Of a stretch of 64,000 bases of DNA, positions 42,204 through 51,400 are shown piece by piece. The notes below the pieces were generated by a model that made no database searches, was not told the DNA's origin, and saw nothing but the letters and a program-made list of their open reading frames with translations. Each line of letters opens with the position of its first letter. Positions within the stretch are counted from its first letter, which is position 1. The DNA lies in the NCBI GenBank assembly GCA_964638155.1, contig CAZWYI010000008.1, positions 4,787 through 68,786 of the forward strand. Direction: 5' to 3'. This DNA is from an uncultured Thermoplasmatales archaeon (lineage in GTDB: Archaea; Thermoplasmatota; E2; DHVEG-1). The translations under genes and the position numbers were made by a program.

Positions 42204-43618
42204 TGCAAACAAAAACAGAGGAGTATAAAATTAAAGATATAAACCTAGCTGATTTTGGTAGAAAAGAAATTGAGATTGCTGAAAAAGAAATGCCAGGTCT
42301 AGTTTCAACTAGGAAAAAATATGGTTCAAAAAAACCACTTAAAGACGCTAAAATCACTGGTTCACTTCATATGACTATTCAAACAGCTGTTTTAATTGAA
42401 ACTTTAAAAGAACTTGGCGCGGATGTCCGCTGGGCAAGTTGTAATATTTTTTCCACTCAGGATCATGCTGCTGCTGCAATTGCAAAAACAGGAACTCCAG
42501 TTTTTGCTTGGAAGGGTGAAACCCTTAAAGAATATTGGTGGTGTACTCAAAAAGCACTTGATTTTGGTGATGGAAAAGGGCCAAATTTAATTGTTGACGA
42601 CGGCGGAGATGCAACACTTATTATTCATAAAGGATATGAAGTTGAAGAAAATCCTAGTCTTCTTGATAAAGATTATAGTAATGAGCAAGGTGACTTCCGT
42701 GCGCTTATGGCTCAGTTAAAAGAAATCTATAATAAGGATTCTGAACGCTGGCATCGTACCGTAAAAGATATGAATGGTGTTTCTGAAGAAACTACTACTG
42801 GTGTACATAGGCTTTATCAAAGGCAAAAACAAGGAACTCTTTTGTTTCCCGCGTTTAACGTAAATGATAGTGTTACAAAAAGTAAATTTGATAATTTATA
42901 TGGATGCAGGGAGAGTCTTGCTGATGGTATCAAACGGGCAACTGACGTTATGGTTGCTGGAAAAACTGTTGTAGTATGTGGGTATGGTGATGTTGGTAAA
43001 GGATGCTGCCAGTCTATGCGTGGTTTTGGTGCAAGGGTTATTGTTACTGAAATCGATCCTATTTGTGCTCTTCAGGCGTCTATGGAAGGTTATGAAGTAA
43101 AGACTGTTGAAGATTCTTTAGATGAAGGTGATATTTATGTTACCGCGACTGGCAACTGTAATGTTATAAAAGTTGACCATATGAGAAACATGAAGGATCA
43201 GGCAATTGTTTGTAATATAGGTCACTTTGATAATGAAATAGAAGTTGAAAAACTAGATAAACAAAGTGATGTAAATAAGGTTAACATAAAGCCCCAGGTT
43301 GATAAGTATGTTTTTCCTGATGGTCATGAGATTTTTATGCTAGCAGGTGGAAGACTTGTGAATTTGGGTTGTGCGACAGGCCATCCGAGTTTTGTCATGA
43401 GTAACAGTTTTACTAATCAGGTTCTTGCTCAAATTGAACTTTGGAATGATGACTACAAGACTGGTGTTTATATGCTTCCGAAGGTTCTTGATGAAGAAGT
43501 GGCAAGACTTCACTTGGATAGGCTTGGTGTAAAACTTACGAAATTAAATAAGAAACAAGCAGATTACATTGGTGTTCCAATAGATGGTCCTTTTAAGTCA
43601 AAGCATTATCGATATTAA
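42203..43618 (+). CDS. ahcY: Adenosylhomocysteinase (long form)
   Basis: [43 protein letters not shown]. Confidence 0.98.
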   Translation: MQTKTEEYKIKDINLADFGRKEIEIAEKEMPGLVSTRKKYGSKKPLKDAKITGSLHMTIQTAVLIETLKELGADVRWASCNIFSTQDHAAAAIAKTGTPVFAWKGETLKEYWWCTQKALDFGDGKGPNLIVDDGGDATLIIHKGYEVEENPSLLDKDYSNEQGDFRALMAQLKEIYNKDSERWHRTVKDMNGVSEETTTGVHRLYQRQKQGTLLFPAFNVNDSVTKSKFDNLYGCRESLADGIKRATDVMVAGKTVVVCGYGDVGKGCCQSMRGFGARVIVTEIDPICALQASMEGYEVKTVEDSLDEGDIYVTATGNCNVIKVDHMRNMKDQAIVCNIGHFDNEIEVEKLDKQSDVNKVNIKPQVDKYVFPDGHEIFMLAGGRLVNLGCATGHPSFVMSNSFTNQVLAQIELWNDDYKTGVYMLPKVLDEEVARLHLDRLGVKLTKLNKKQADYIGVPIDGPFKSKHYRY

Positions 43619-43637
43619 AAAAAAAGAAGAGAAGAGT

Positions 43638-43721
43638 TTAGATTAAACCAATTTCTTTTTGTATTGCTATCCATGCACGGGATAGCTCATATTCTTCATA
43701 ATCATCCACAGCGTTGCACAT
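43638..43721 (-). CDS. Possible leaderless 27-aa small ORF
   Basis: MCNAVDDYEEYELSRAWIAIQKEIGLI; TATA-like TTATATAG about 22 nt upstream; no homology evidence. Confidence 0.3.
   Translation of the reverse strand: MCNAVDDYEEYELSRAWIAIQKEIGLI
43666..43686. other. Perfect 7-bp hairpin downstream of ahcY
   Basis: GCTATCC-N7-GGATAGC. Confidence 0.4.
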
Positions 43722-43847
43722 AGTATTATATTTGCAATTAAGACTATATAATATTGTCGACTAATTTATCGACTATAAACGTTAAAAGTAATCTTTAAAG
43801 ATACATAAACTAAATGAACAACAATTTTATAACAACAAAAAAGACAG

Positions 43848-44588
43848 ATGAAAAAAATGATAACATTAATTGGAACTGGACACGTATTCAATCTAACCCA
43901 GCCATTACTTCATATATTCGATGAAAAACAACCAGATCTATTATGTATAGAACTAGATAGACAGAGATACCAGGGACTAATGCTTAAAAAATCAGATCCG
44001 GGAAAATACAAAGAAGCATCAAAAAACCAGCCAATTCTATACAAACTTTTATCAAGATTTCAAGATGGAATGGCCAAAGAGTATGGAACAGAGGCAGGCC
44101 AAGAAATGATAACAACAATAAACTATGCAAAAGAACACAATTTACCACTTGCATTTATAGATATAAACGCACAATACCTTTTTAGAAGAATGTTTAAAAA
44201 AATGAGTTTAAAAGAAAAACTAGCTTTAGTTTTCTCAGGTTTTGGAGGACTTTTTGTAAGTAAGAAAAAAGTAGAAAAGGAGCTAGAAAACATACAGAAC
44301 AATTTTGATTTTTATATGAAAGAAATTGGAAAAAAATTTCCAACATTAAAAAGAGTTTTAATTGATGAAAGAAACATTTACATGGTAAAGCAATTAATAG
44401 AAGCCCAAGAAAAATTTGATAAAATAATAGCTATAGTTGGCGATGGCCATATTCCAGGTCTTAAAGAGATACTTGAAACAAAAGATGTAGAATATAAAAC
44501 AATAAGATTAAAGGAGCTTAGAAGTTTTGATAAATCTATAGATAATTCCATGACTGCTTCTTTTTCATTTGAGCAAAAACAAGTATAG
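43848..44588 (+). CDS. TraB/GumN (Tiki-like) family protein
   Basis: LIGTGHV, CIELD, G-QE, LIDERN, VGDGH. Confidence 0.88.
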   Translation: MKKMITLIGTGHVFNLTQPLLHIFDEKQPDLLCIELDRQRYQGLMLKKSDPGKYKEASKNQPILYKLLSRFQDGMAKEYGTEAGQEMITTINYAKEHNLPLAFIDINAQYLFRRMFKKMSLKEKLALVFSGFGGLFVSKKKVEKELENIQNNFDFYMKEIGKKFPTLKRVLIDERNIYMVKQLIEAQEKFDKIIAIVGDGHIPGLKEILETKDVEYKTIRLKELRSFDKSIDNSMTASFSFEQKQV

Positions 44589-44598
44589 TTTAAAAATA

Positions 44599-44988
44599 TC
44601 AATCATAGTTATTTTCTATAATTTCAATTGCACGTGTAATATCATTTTCAGTAATTATTCCTACTATTATGTTATTATAAATTACAGGTAGTTTTTTTAT
44701 TTTGTTTTCTTTCATAACTTTTACTGCTTGCTGAACTGTCTGAAGTGAATCAATGGTTTTTAAGTTTGGTGTCATAACCTCTTTTACCTTGGTTATCTTT
44801 GGATTTTTTTCGTTTAATATTATTTTATCAATAATATCCCTCTCAGTAATTATCCCAACTATTATATCCCCTTTCTCTACTATTAGACTACCAAGCTTGT
44901 GTTCTTTGAATTTTCTACATGCATCCATCACAAGCTCATCACTATCTATTGTTTCAACTCTCTTAGTCATTATCTCATGTATGATCAT
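44599..44988 (-). CDS. CBS-pair protein
   Basis: Two CBS motifs (GIITERD, GIITEND). Confidence 0.9.
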   Translation of the reverse strand: MIIHEIMTKRVETIDSDELVMDACRKFKEHKLGSLIVEKGDIIVGIITERDIIDKIILNEKNPKITKVKEVMTPNLKTIDSLQTVQQAVKVMKENKIKKLPVIYNNIIVGIITENDITRAIEIIENNYD

Positions 44989-45174
44989 AATTTACAAATT
45001 TTGTATTTTTTTATAGTGTATAAATCTTTTTTATGGAAAATTATTAAATATTTTATTTATTCAACTATGCTCATAAATTTTAAAATATTTATAAAAATCA
45101 TAAGAGACTAAAAAGACAATTCTATTTTAATGAAAAGACTATTTAACTATCGGTTAATAATAAAAAAAATTATT

Positions 45175-45249
45175 GGGCCTGTAGCCTAGTCTGGATAGGG
45201 CGATAGCCTCCTAAGCTATAGATCGCGGGTTCGAATCCCGCCAGGTCCG
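45175..45249 (+). tRNA. tRNA-Arg (anticodon CCT), intronless, CCA not encoded
   Basis: Acceptor GGGCCTG/CAGGTCC; D arm GCCT/GGGC; anticodon stem ATAGC/GCTAT with loop CTCCTAA; T arm GCGGG-TTCGAAT-CCCGC. Confidence 0.97.
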
Positions 45250-45343
45250 TAATAATGATTAACATAATTTTCGTTTGGTTTTTTCCAAACATTTTAAATT
45301 AGTATATAAATAACCACTTACAAGATATTATATTGTGATGTTT

Positions 45344-45913
45344 ATGAAAAAACTGGGAATGTTATTAGTTGTTTTTATGCTTTGTATTATTATTTTAACT
45401 GGTTGTGTTAATAATAAAAAGGAAAACGATGGAAAAAAGGATACAAGTGATGACTTAACAACAAATGATGAAAAATCCGATGATGACGAAGGCCCTGAGG
45501 GAAAAACTGAAAATATAACTGTATCCACAGATAAAGAAACTTATGATATAGGAGAAACAGTAAATATCTCAATTAAAAATAACTTAAATACATCTCTAAA
45601 GATAAGAACGCCAACATATGACGTTCAAAAATATAATAATACTGAATGGACCTTAATGAGAAAATCTGCATATCCTTGTGAATCAAGTTGTGTAATGGGC
45701 ATGATACTCCCTAATTTCACAATAGATCCAAACCAAACATTAGAGTATCAGTGGGACCAAAAAGAGACATGGTGCATATACTCAGAATCCTCACCATGCC
45801 AATCTAAAACAGTTACAATTAATGCCACTACAGGAATTTATCGAATAAAATGTTATATTGAAAATAATGACACGATCTATTATGTTTATTCAGATGAATT
45901 TACAATAATATAA
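45344..45913 (+). CDS. Lipoprotein with an Ig-like domain
   Basis: Lipobox ILTGC; acidic linker; TDKETYDIGETVNISIKN...GIYRI. Confidence 0.75.
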   Translation: MKKLGMLLVVFMLCIIILTGCVNNKKENDGKKDTSDDLTTNDEKSDDDEGPEGKTENITVSTDKETYDIGETVNISIKNNLNTSLKIRTPTYDVQKYNNTEWTLMRKSAYPCESSCVMGMILPNFTIDPNQTLEYQWDQKETWCIYSESSPCQSKTVTINATTGIYRIKCYIENNDTIYYVYSDEFTII

Positions 45914-45914
45914 T

Positions 45915-46004
45915 TTGTTCCAACAGATAGCTGCATACAAGCAAAAAATAGACATTCTGAATGCATGTTTTCTCCTTTTGAGCAGGGGTAACCACCAGGT
46001 CCGT
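45915..46004 (+). repeat. Repeat copy R1, ending in CCAGGTCCGT (tRNA-Arg 3' end)
   Basis: Manual alignment: about 74/92 columns identical to R2. Confidence 0.88.
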
Positions 46005-46247
46005 TAATTTTTAATCAGATTATTTCTTTTTATTTAAAGAAAAATTTTCCATCAGATCGCAGTATTTTATCTTGTTTCTTCTTAATTTAAATTCATAAAA
46101 TCTTATACTCTTTCTGTTATAGAATCTCGTTTAAACCCAGATTGCATATACCGCCATGGTTGGAATAATTACTATTCTAGTTTTTAAGATTATTACTATA
46201 TAGAATATTTATTATTTTATTCCAAAGAAAAAATAAAGATCAAATAT

Positions 46248-48392
46248 TTATAATTGCATATTTCTAAATATTCTTTTCATTAAGTTTTGTATTAGTTGGA
46301 AGATTATATTGTTAAATATTTTATTGTTTTTTGGTGTTGAGAATTTCTGTGTTGCCCATGTGCTTTCAATGTTATATATGTCTTTTGAAATTACTTTGAT
46401 TTTAAATGTATCTCTTTTTGTCCATTTATGTTCAAGTTTAAGTTCATATCCTGAATCATAGGGTCCTTTCCATCCACTGTTTGTACCATCTCCCCAATTT
46501 ACATAGTAATATATTTGATCTCCATCTGGATCATTTGTTTTAAAGCTATATTCATATGTTCTTCTTTTTCTTCCATTGCCTGGCCCATCTATGGTTGGTT
46601 TATCTGGTGGTTTTGATAGATACATCTGCATTGGATCTGAATATTGACTATATCCTGTTTTATCTTTTGCTCTAATTGTTATTTGTATGTGTTGTTTTGA
46701 TGCGAAATTATTTGAGATTGATATATTTTCAATTGTTATTTTTTTATTTGAATTATATTTTCCATAAAGTATGGATTCATCTGTTATTGTATGTCCTGAG
46801 TTATCTTTTCCAGTTATCTTAAATTGATAGTAAACTTTATCATTTTCATTATCATTTGCTATGCAGTTAAAGCTGTATATTCCCCCTGGTTTTCCATATT
46901 CTGGACCATTTATTGTGGGTTTATCTGGTGGTTGATTATTTAATGTTGTAAAATTTAGTCTTTTTCCATTTGCCTCACCTGCTGGATTTTTTATATTTGC
47001 CCAGAAAATATATTTTTTATTTGGTTCTAAACCTGTTATTTCAGTTAATATTTCATCATTTGTGTAAAATGGTTTTTTCCATTCTGTATATTGTTTACTG
47101 CTTCCTTCTTTTTTGTATGTGAATCTTACCTCGCATTCTGATCCTCCATCATTAAATATCCATGCATTTATTTTTGCACTAGTGCTTCCTATCCATGTTG
47201 CATCAATTGTTTCAACTACTGGTAGGTTTATGCTTATTGTTATATTCCATTCTTTATCCTCTGGTAGTCTTTTATTTGTGCCATATGGCCCTTCAAAATA
47301 GAAATAATATTTATGTGTTCCAAGCCCAATGTCTTTACCTTGTATTATTTTTGAGTAATCTGAGTTGCTTCCTGATCCTTCCATCATATATATTTTATCA
47401 TCAATCATTAGATACTTGATACATGGTTCAACTTTATTTGGATGTTTATAATGCACTTTGAAGTTAAATTCTGTTTTATAATCTCCTTCATTTGGTATAA
47501 CACCTTCTTCCCAATCTTGGTATTTAGTTAGAAGCAATGGTTTATATACAATAAATTCAGGGCTACATCCAAGATAATTACCTTCGTAATATATTTTTAT
47601 TTTCCATTCTCCAACTTCATTTGGCGTCCATATATTCCATACACAAAAAGATGTCCAAGATTCTGATATTGAATAAGTGCTTGTATGTTTTATATTATTA
47701 TTTTTATACCATTTCCAGGTTATCTCATGTCCTTTCCATCCGTTTTCTAGTTCTGTATATGAATATATTTGATCATCGAATTTAAACTCTCTTTTTTCAG
47801 GTCCGTGATCATCATATCCTTCTACCCAGTCACATGTTATTGAATTTTTAAAAGTAGGAGTTCCATGAAGCACTTGGAAATTATGTTCAACAAGAAAAAC
47901 TCCATTGCAATAAAATTTTATTTTCCAGTTTCCACCATATTTAGGTGTATACCAAGCCCATGTAATGATATCACCAGAAGATTCTAGAGGATCCCATTCG
48001 CTTTGTCTGTTTACTTCTCCATCATATATATATTCTCTTGATAAAACATCACCTTCTTCTACATTGTTTATTTTTGCAAAAAAATATACTGTCTCACCCT
48101 GAATAAATTCAGTTGTTGGTTCACCATGATCATCATAACTGTTTACCCATTTACACAAAAATGAATATTCAATAGTTGGTGAGTTAGTTATTGGAGCTAT
48201 ATCTTTCGAATATTCAATATAGCTTATTTTATTGTTATTATTTGTATCACTAATATAGCCCATTGCATTAGTTAGAACATTATTTTTCTCTGTTTCATTT
48301 GCTGTTACTATTTTATTTGTTGGTGTTATTATTAGAATATTTGAGAATATAAATAATGATAGAATTATTGTTGTTAGTATTTTTTTCTTCAT
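46248..48392 (-). CDS. Secreted multidomain surface protein (two internal repeats, FnIII-like and PKD-like domains)
   Basis: Signal peptide; duplicated C(K/D)WVxxYDDHG module; PPDKPTIxGP...WGDG; amphipathic tail. Confidence 0.8.
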   Translation of the reverse strand: MKKKILTTIILSLFIFSNILIITPTNKIVTANETEKNNVLTNAMGYISDTNNNNKISYIEYSKDIAPITNSPTIEYSFLCKWVNSYDDHGEPTTEFIQGETVYFFAKINNVEEGDVLSREYIYDGEVNRQSEWDPLESSGDIITWAWYTPKYGGNWKIKFYCNGVFLVEHNFQVLHGTPTFKNSITCDWVEGYDDHGPEKREFKFDDQIYSYTELENGWKGHEITWKWYKNNNIKHTSTYSISESWTSFCVWNIWTPNEVGEWKIKIYYEGNYLGCSPEFIVYKPLLLTKYQDWEEGVIPNEGDYKTEFNFKVHYKHPNKVEPCIKYLMIDDKIYMMEGSGSNSDYSKIIQGKDIGLGTHKYYFYFEGPYGTNKRLPEDKEWNITISINLPVVETIDATWIGSTSAKINAWIFNDGGSECEVRFTYKKEGSSKQYTEWKKPFYTNDEILTEITGLEPNKKYIFWANIKNPAGEANGKRLNFTTLNNQPPDKPTINGPEYGKPGGIYSFNCIANDNENDKVYYQFKITGKDNSGHTITDESILYGKYNSNKKITIENISISNNFASKQHIQITIRAKDKTGYSQYSDPMQMYLSKPPDKPTIDGPGNGRKRRTYEYSFKTNDPDGDQIYYYVNWGDGTNSGWKGPYDSGYELKLEHKWTKRDTFKIKVISKDIYNIESTWATQKFSTPKNNKIFNNIIFQLIQNLMKRIFRNMQL
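46462..46514. repeat. 53-bp near-identical coding segment, second copy at 48646-48698
   Basis: 52/53 identical; encodes IYYYV(N/K)WGDGTNSGWKGP. Confidence 0.9.
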
Positions 48393-48404
48393 ATTTTCCC
48401 TCGA

Positions 48405-51400
48405 TTAATATCTTATTTGTAAAATCTTCTGAAATAGCCGTTCTATTATGTTGAATAATCTTGGACATTTGCTTATTATCTCTAAAAATAGATTTAGGTT
48501 TTTATCTTTGTTTTTAGGAATTTCAACTGACAATGTTGTCCACCCTGTTTCTTGTCCGTTTGAATCTTTTGCTTTTGCTTTAATTGTATATGTATCTCTT
48601 TCTGACCATTTATGTTTAAGAGTTATTTGTTCTCCAGAGTCATATGGTCCTTTCCATCCACTGTTTGTACCATCTCCCCATTTTACATAGTAATATATAT
48701 TATCATTTTCAGCATCTGTCGATACTAAGGTATAGCTGTATTTCACATCCTTTTCGCCTGTTGATGGTCCATTTAGGTTTGGTTTTGTTGGAGGAAAATT
48801 TTGTTCAGATATTTCTATGTTTAATGGATCTGACCATTGACTTGTTTTATATCCATTTGTTGCTCTGACATAAACATTGTAGTTGCCTTCATTTGTCCAT
48901 TTATGTGTTTTTTCAATTATTTCTCCTGAAATTATCCAATCTGTTTCTTCATCAACTTGTTTATCTCCATTCCAATCCCAGAAATATTTTAGTTGTTTGT
49001 TTGGGCTTGGATCTGATGTTGATGTCCTAAATGTGTAATCTCTGTTTATTACTCCTTGTCCTGGCCCGCTTATCATTGGTTTTGGTGGATGTAGCATTTC
49101 TTTTTTGCCTGCTTCGTACATTTCACAGTTTTGTATGCTACCTGTTTTTTCTTTTTCTATTATTATTGCTCCTATTTCATCTCCTGAGATGTCGTATTCC
49201 CATGTAGCTTGTGTTATTTTTTTATCTGTCATATGTAATAGCTGTATATCTTCCCATCCTTGGTTGAATTTTCTTGAATAACATAGGTTTTTTCCATCAC
49301 TCCATGCAACTACTGGTAATGTAGCTGTTGTTTCTTGGAGCACCCCTGTTCCTCCACTGAATAATGCTGTTGAGCTTCCTTGTTTTAGGTTTGAAAATAC
49401 TGTTTCTGGTCCATCTAGTGTTTTTAGTGTTCCTATTGAATCTTCAAAGAGTACATCAACGGTATGATCCTCAGGGTCTTCTTTCATCCATGAAACAGAA
49501 GGTGCAGCGTTATTTAGATAGTTAATTGATGGGTATGCATTTCTTCCCCCGTTTGTTATTTTTATATTATTTGAGGTTGTTGTTAGTTGGTTCATTAGAG
49601 TAAAGGTCTTTATGTATACATCATGATCATCTATATCTGGATTATCATTATTGGTTAGTAATCCGTTTGCATCTGCTACATATGCACATGCTGCTTCAAC
49701 TCCATTATATGATAGACTTACTGGTATTGATACAATGTTGTCATTACTAATTACTTGAGGCATTGTCCATTGGTTTTTATTCCAGAATGATCCATATAAA
49801 AACCTGTCATTTACTGTTATTCCACCTTGAGATATATCTGGATTTGTATCACACATCCATACAACTGCTGCTTTGTTATCACTTGCACTTATCACAGGAT
49901 ATGAATCTGTGGAATGATTTGTTGCACCTATTAGATTTGGTTCAGACCAACTACTTCCATCCCAGTAACAGTATCCTATTTCACTATTTTTTGCTACTTC
50001 TAAAATGGTTTTATCAGCAACTGTACTTTCTAGGCAGTTAAATACACATATTGCATCTCCATTATCTAACAAAGCTATTGAAGGGTTTGATTGAGCTAAA
50101 TTATCATTTGTTACTCTTTTTGGTGTATTCCAACTGTCTGTGTTTTTATTCCATTTTGAAAACCATATATCTAATCCATCTCCATTTGCTCCCTTGCTTA
50201 GATCATCTTGTGTCCATACCATCATTTTTTCCCCATTGCTGTTTCTTGCAATCGATGGATGAGACTTTGGAAACGCATCTTCAAGTAAAAGCCCATCTTC
50301 ATTATTTACCCAGCTCGGGTTTCCATAATTTCTTGGCATGTATTCCCAATTTGAGTTGATACTTGTTGGTGTTTCTGCTTGCATATAATTAGGCCAACTT
50401 GCAGACCACCATTCCCATCTTGCATCTATAACAAAAATTAGTTCTGCATATGCTCCAAAAGAAATTGAAACTTGGAAATCATCATATATACTATCCCCGC
50501 TCTCTGGTGCTTTAAACCGCCAATTCCCTGATACATCTGTATATAGACCCGCGCTTGCAGCACCACATATTCCAACTCCTCCTTTTAACTCGGCTCCAAC
50601 ACCTATTTTCCCATTTACGCTTTTGAAACAATTATTGTTGTATTTATTAGGTGAATTGAGATTAAAATCTACACCAGCATTAAAATATAGATTTGCTTCA
50701 GCACTAACAGGTACAGGTCCTACTGCTGTAGCAAAATAAAAAGCAGGATATTCATATCTTCCATTTAGATAAATGCAGAGTTCCCAGTTAAGATTATCTC
50801 CTACTTTATCAAAATTATATCTAACACCTGAGGATATCGAAAGCGAATCATATGCATCAATATCTACACCTGCACTACCTGTTAGAGTAACTTTATCTTT
50901 ATTTGGATTGTTTGCATATAGATCAATTTTCATAACCATGTCTTCCCAGTTAAATGTTAGATCATAGTCACCGCTGAATTTTTTAAGATTAACCTGACCA
51001 GGTACACTACCAACTATACTAATCAAATCCTGGAAATCATTAAATGAAAATTCAGAATGTAGATGATTTCCATCCCAGTTCTTATCTCCAGCAAGTTTAA
51101 TAGCTGCTTCTACCCAGACAGGTATATCTTTTATTCTTACAGATACAACATCTGTTTGTGATGTTCCCTCTGAATCTGTCACTGTTAATTCTGCAGTATA
51201 TGTATAAGCTGAACTATATGTATGTTTAGGGTCTTCTTTATCAGAAGTGCTTCCATCACCAAATTTCCAATGATAAGTATATGGCCCAACTCCTCCTTTT
51301 GCTTCACCGTTAAATTTAATCCAATAATCGGTAAATCCTTTGTAGTTACCATGAGCATCAGCTTCTAGAACATATACTGTTTTTTCATCACCCCAGTCAC

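Noticed and set aside
45915-46004. R1 as an integron attC site (starts near CCAAC, ends at GTTAATT)
   Set aside because: The arms do not pair into an attC hairpin, R2 and R3 lack the AAC/GTT cores, and there is no intI in the window.
47798-47806. CAGGTCCGT match to the tRNA 3' end
   Set aside because: Only 9 bp, inside an intact CDS, and without the 80-bp arm; probably chance.
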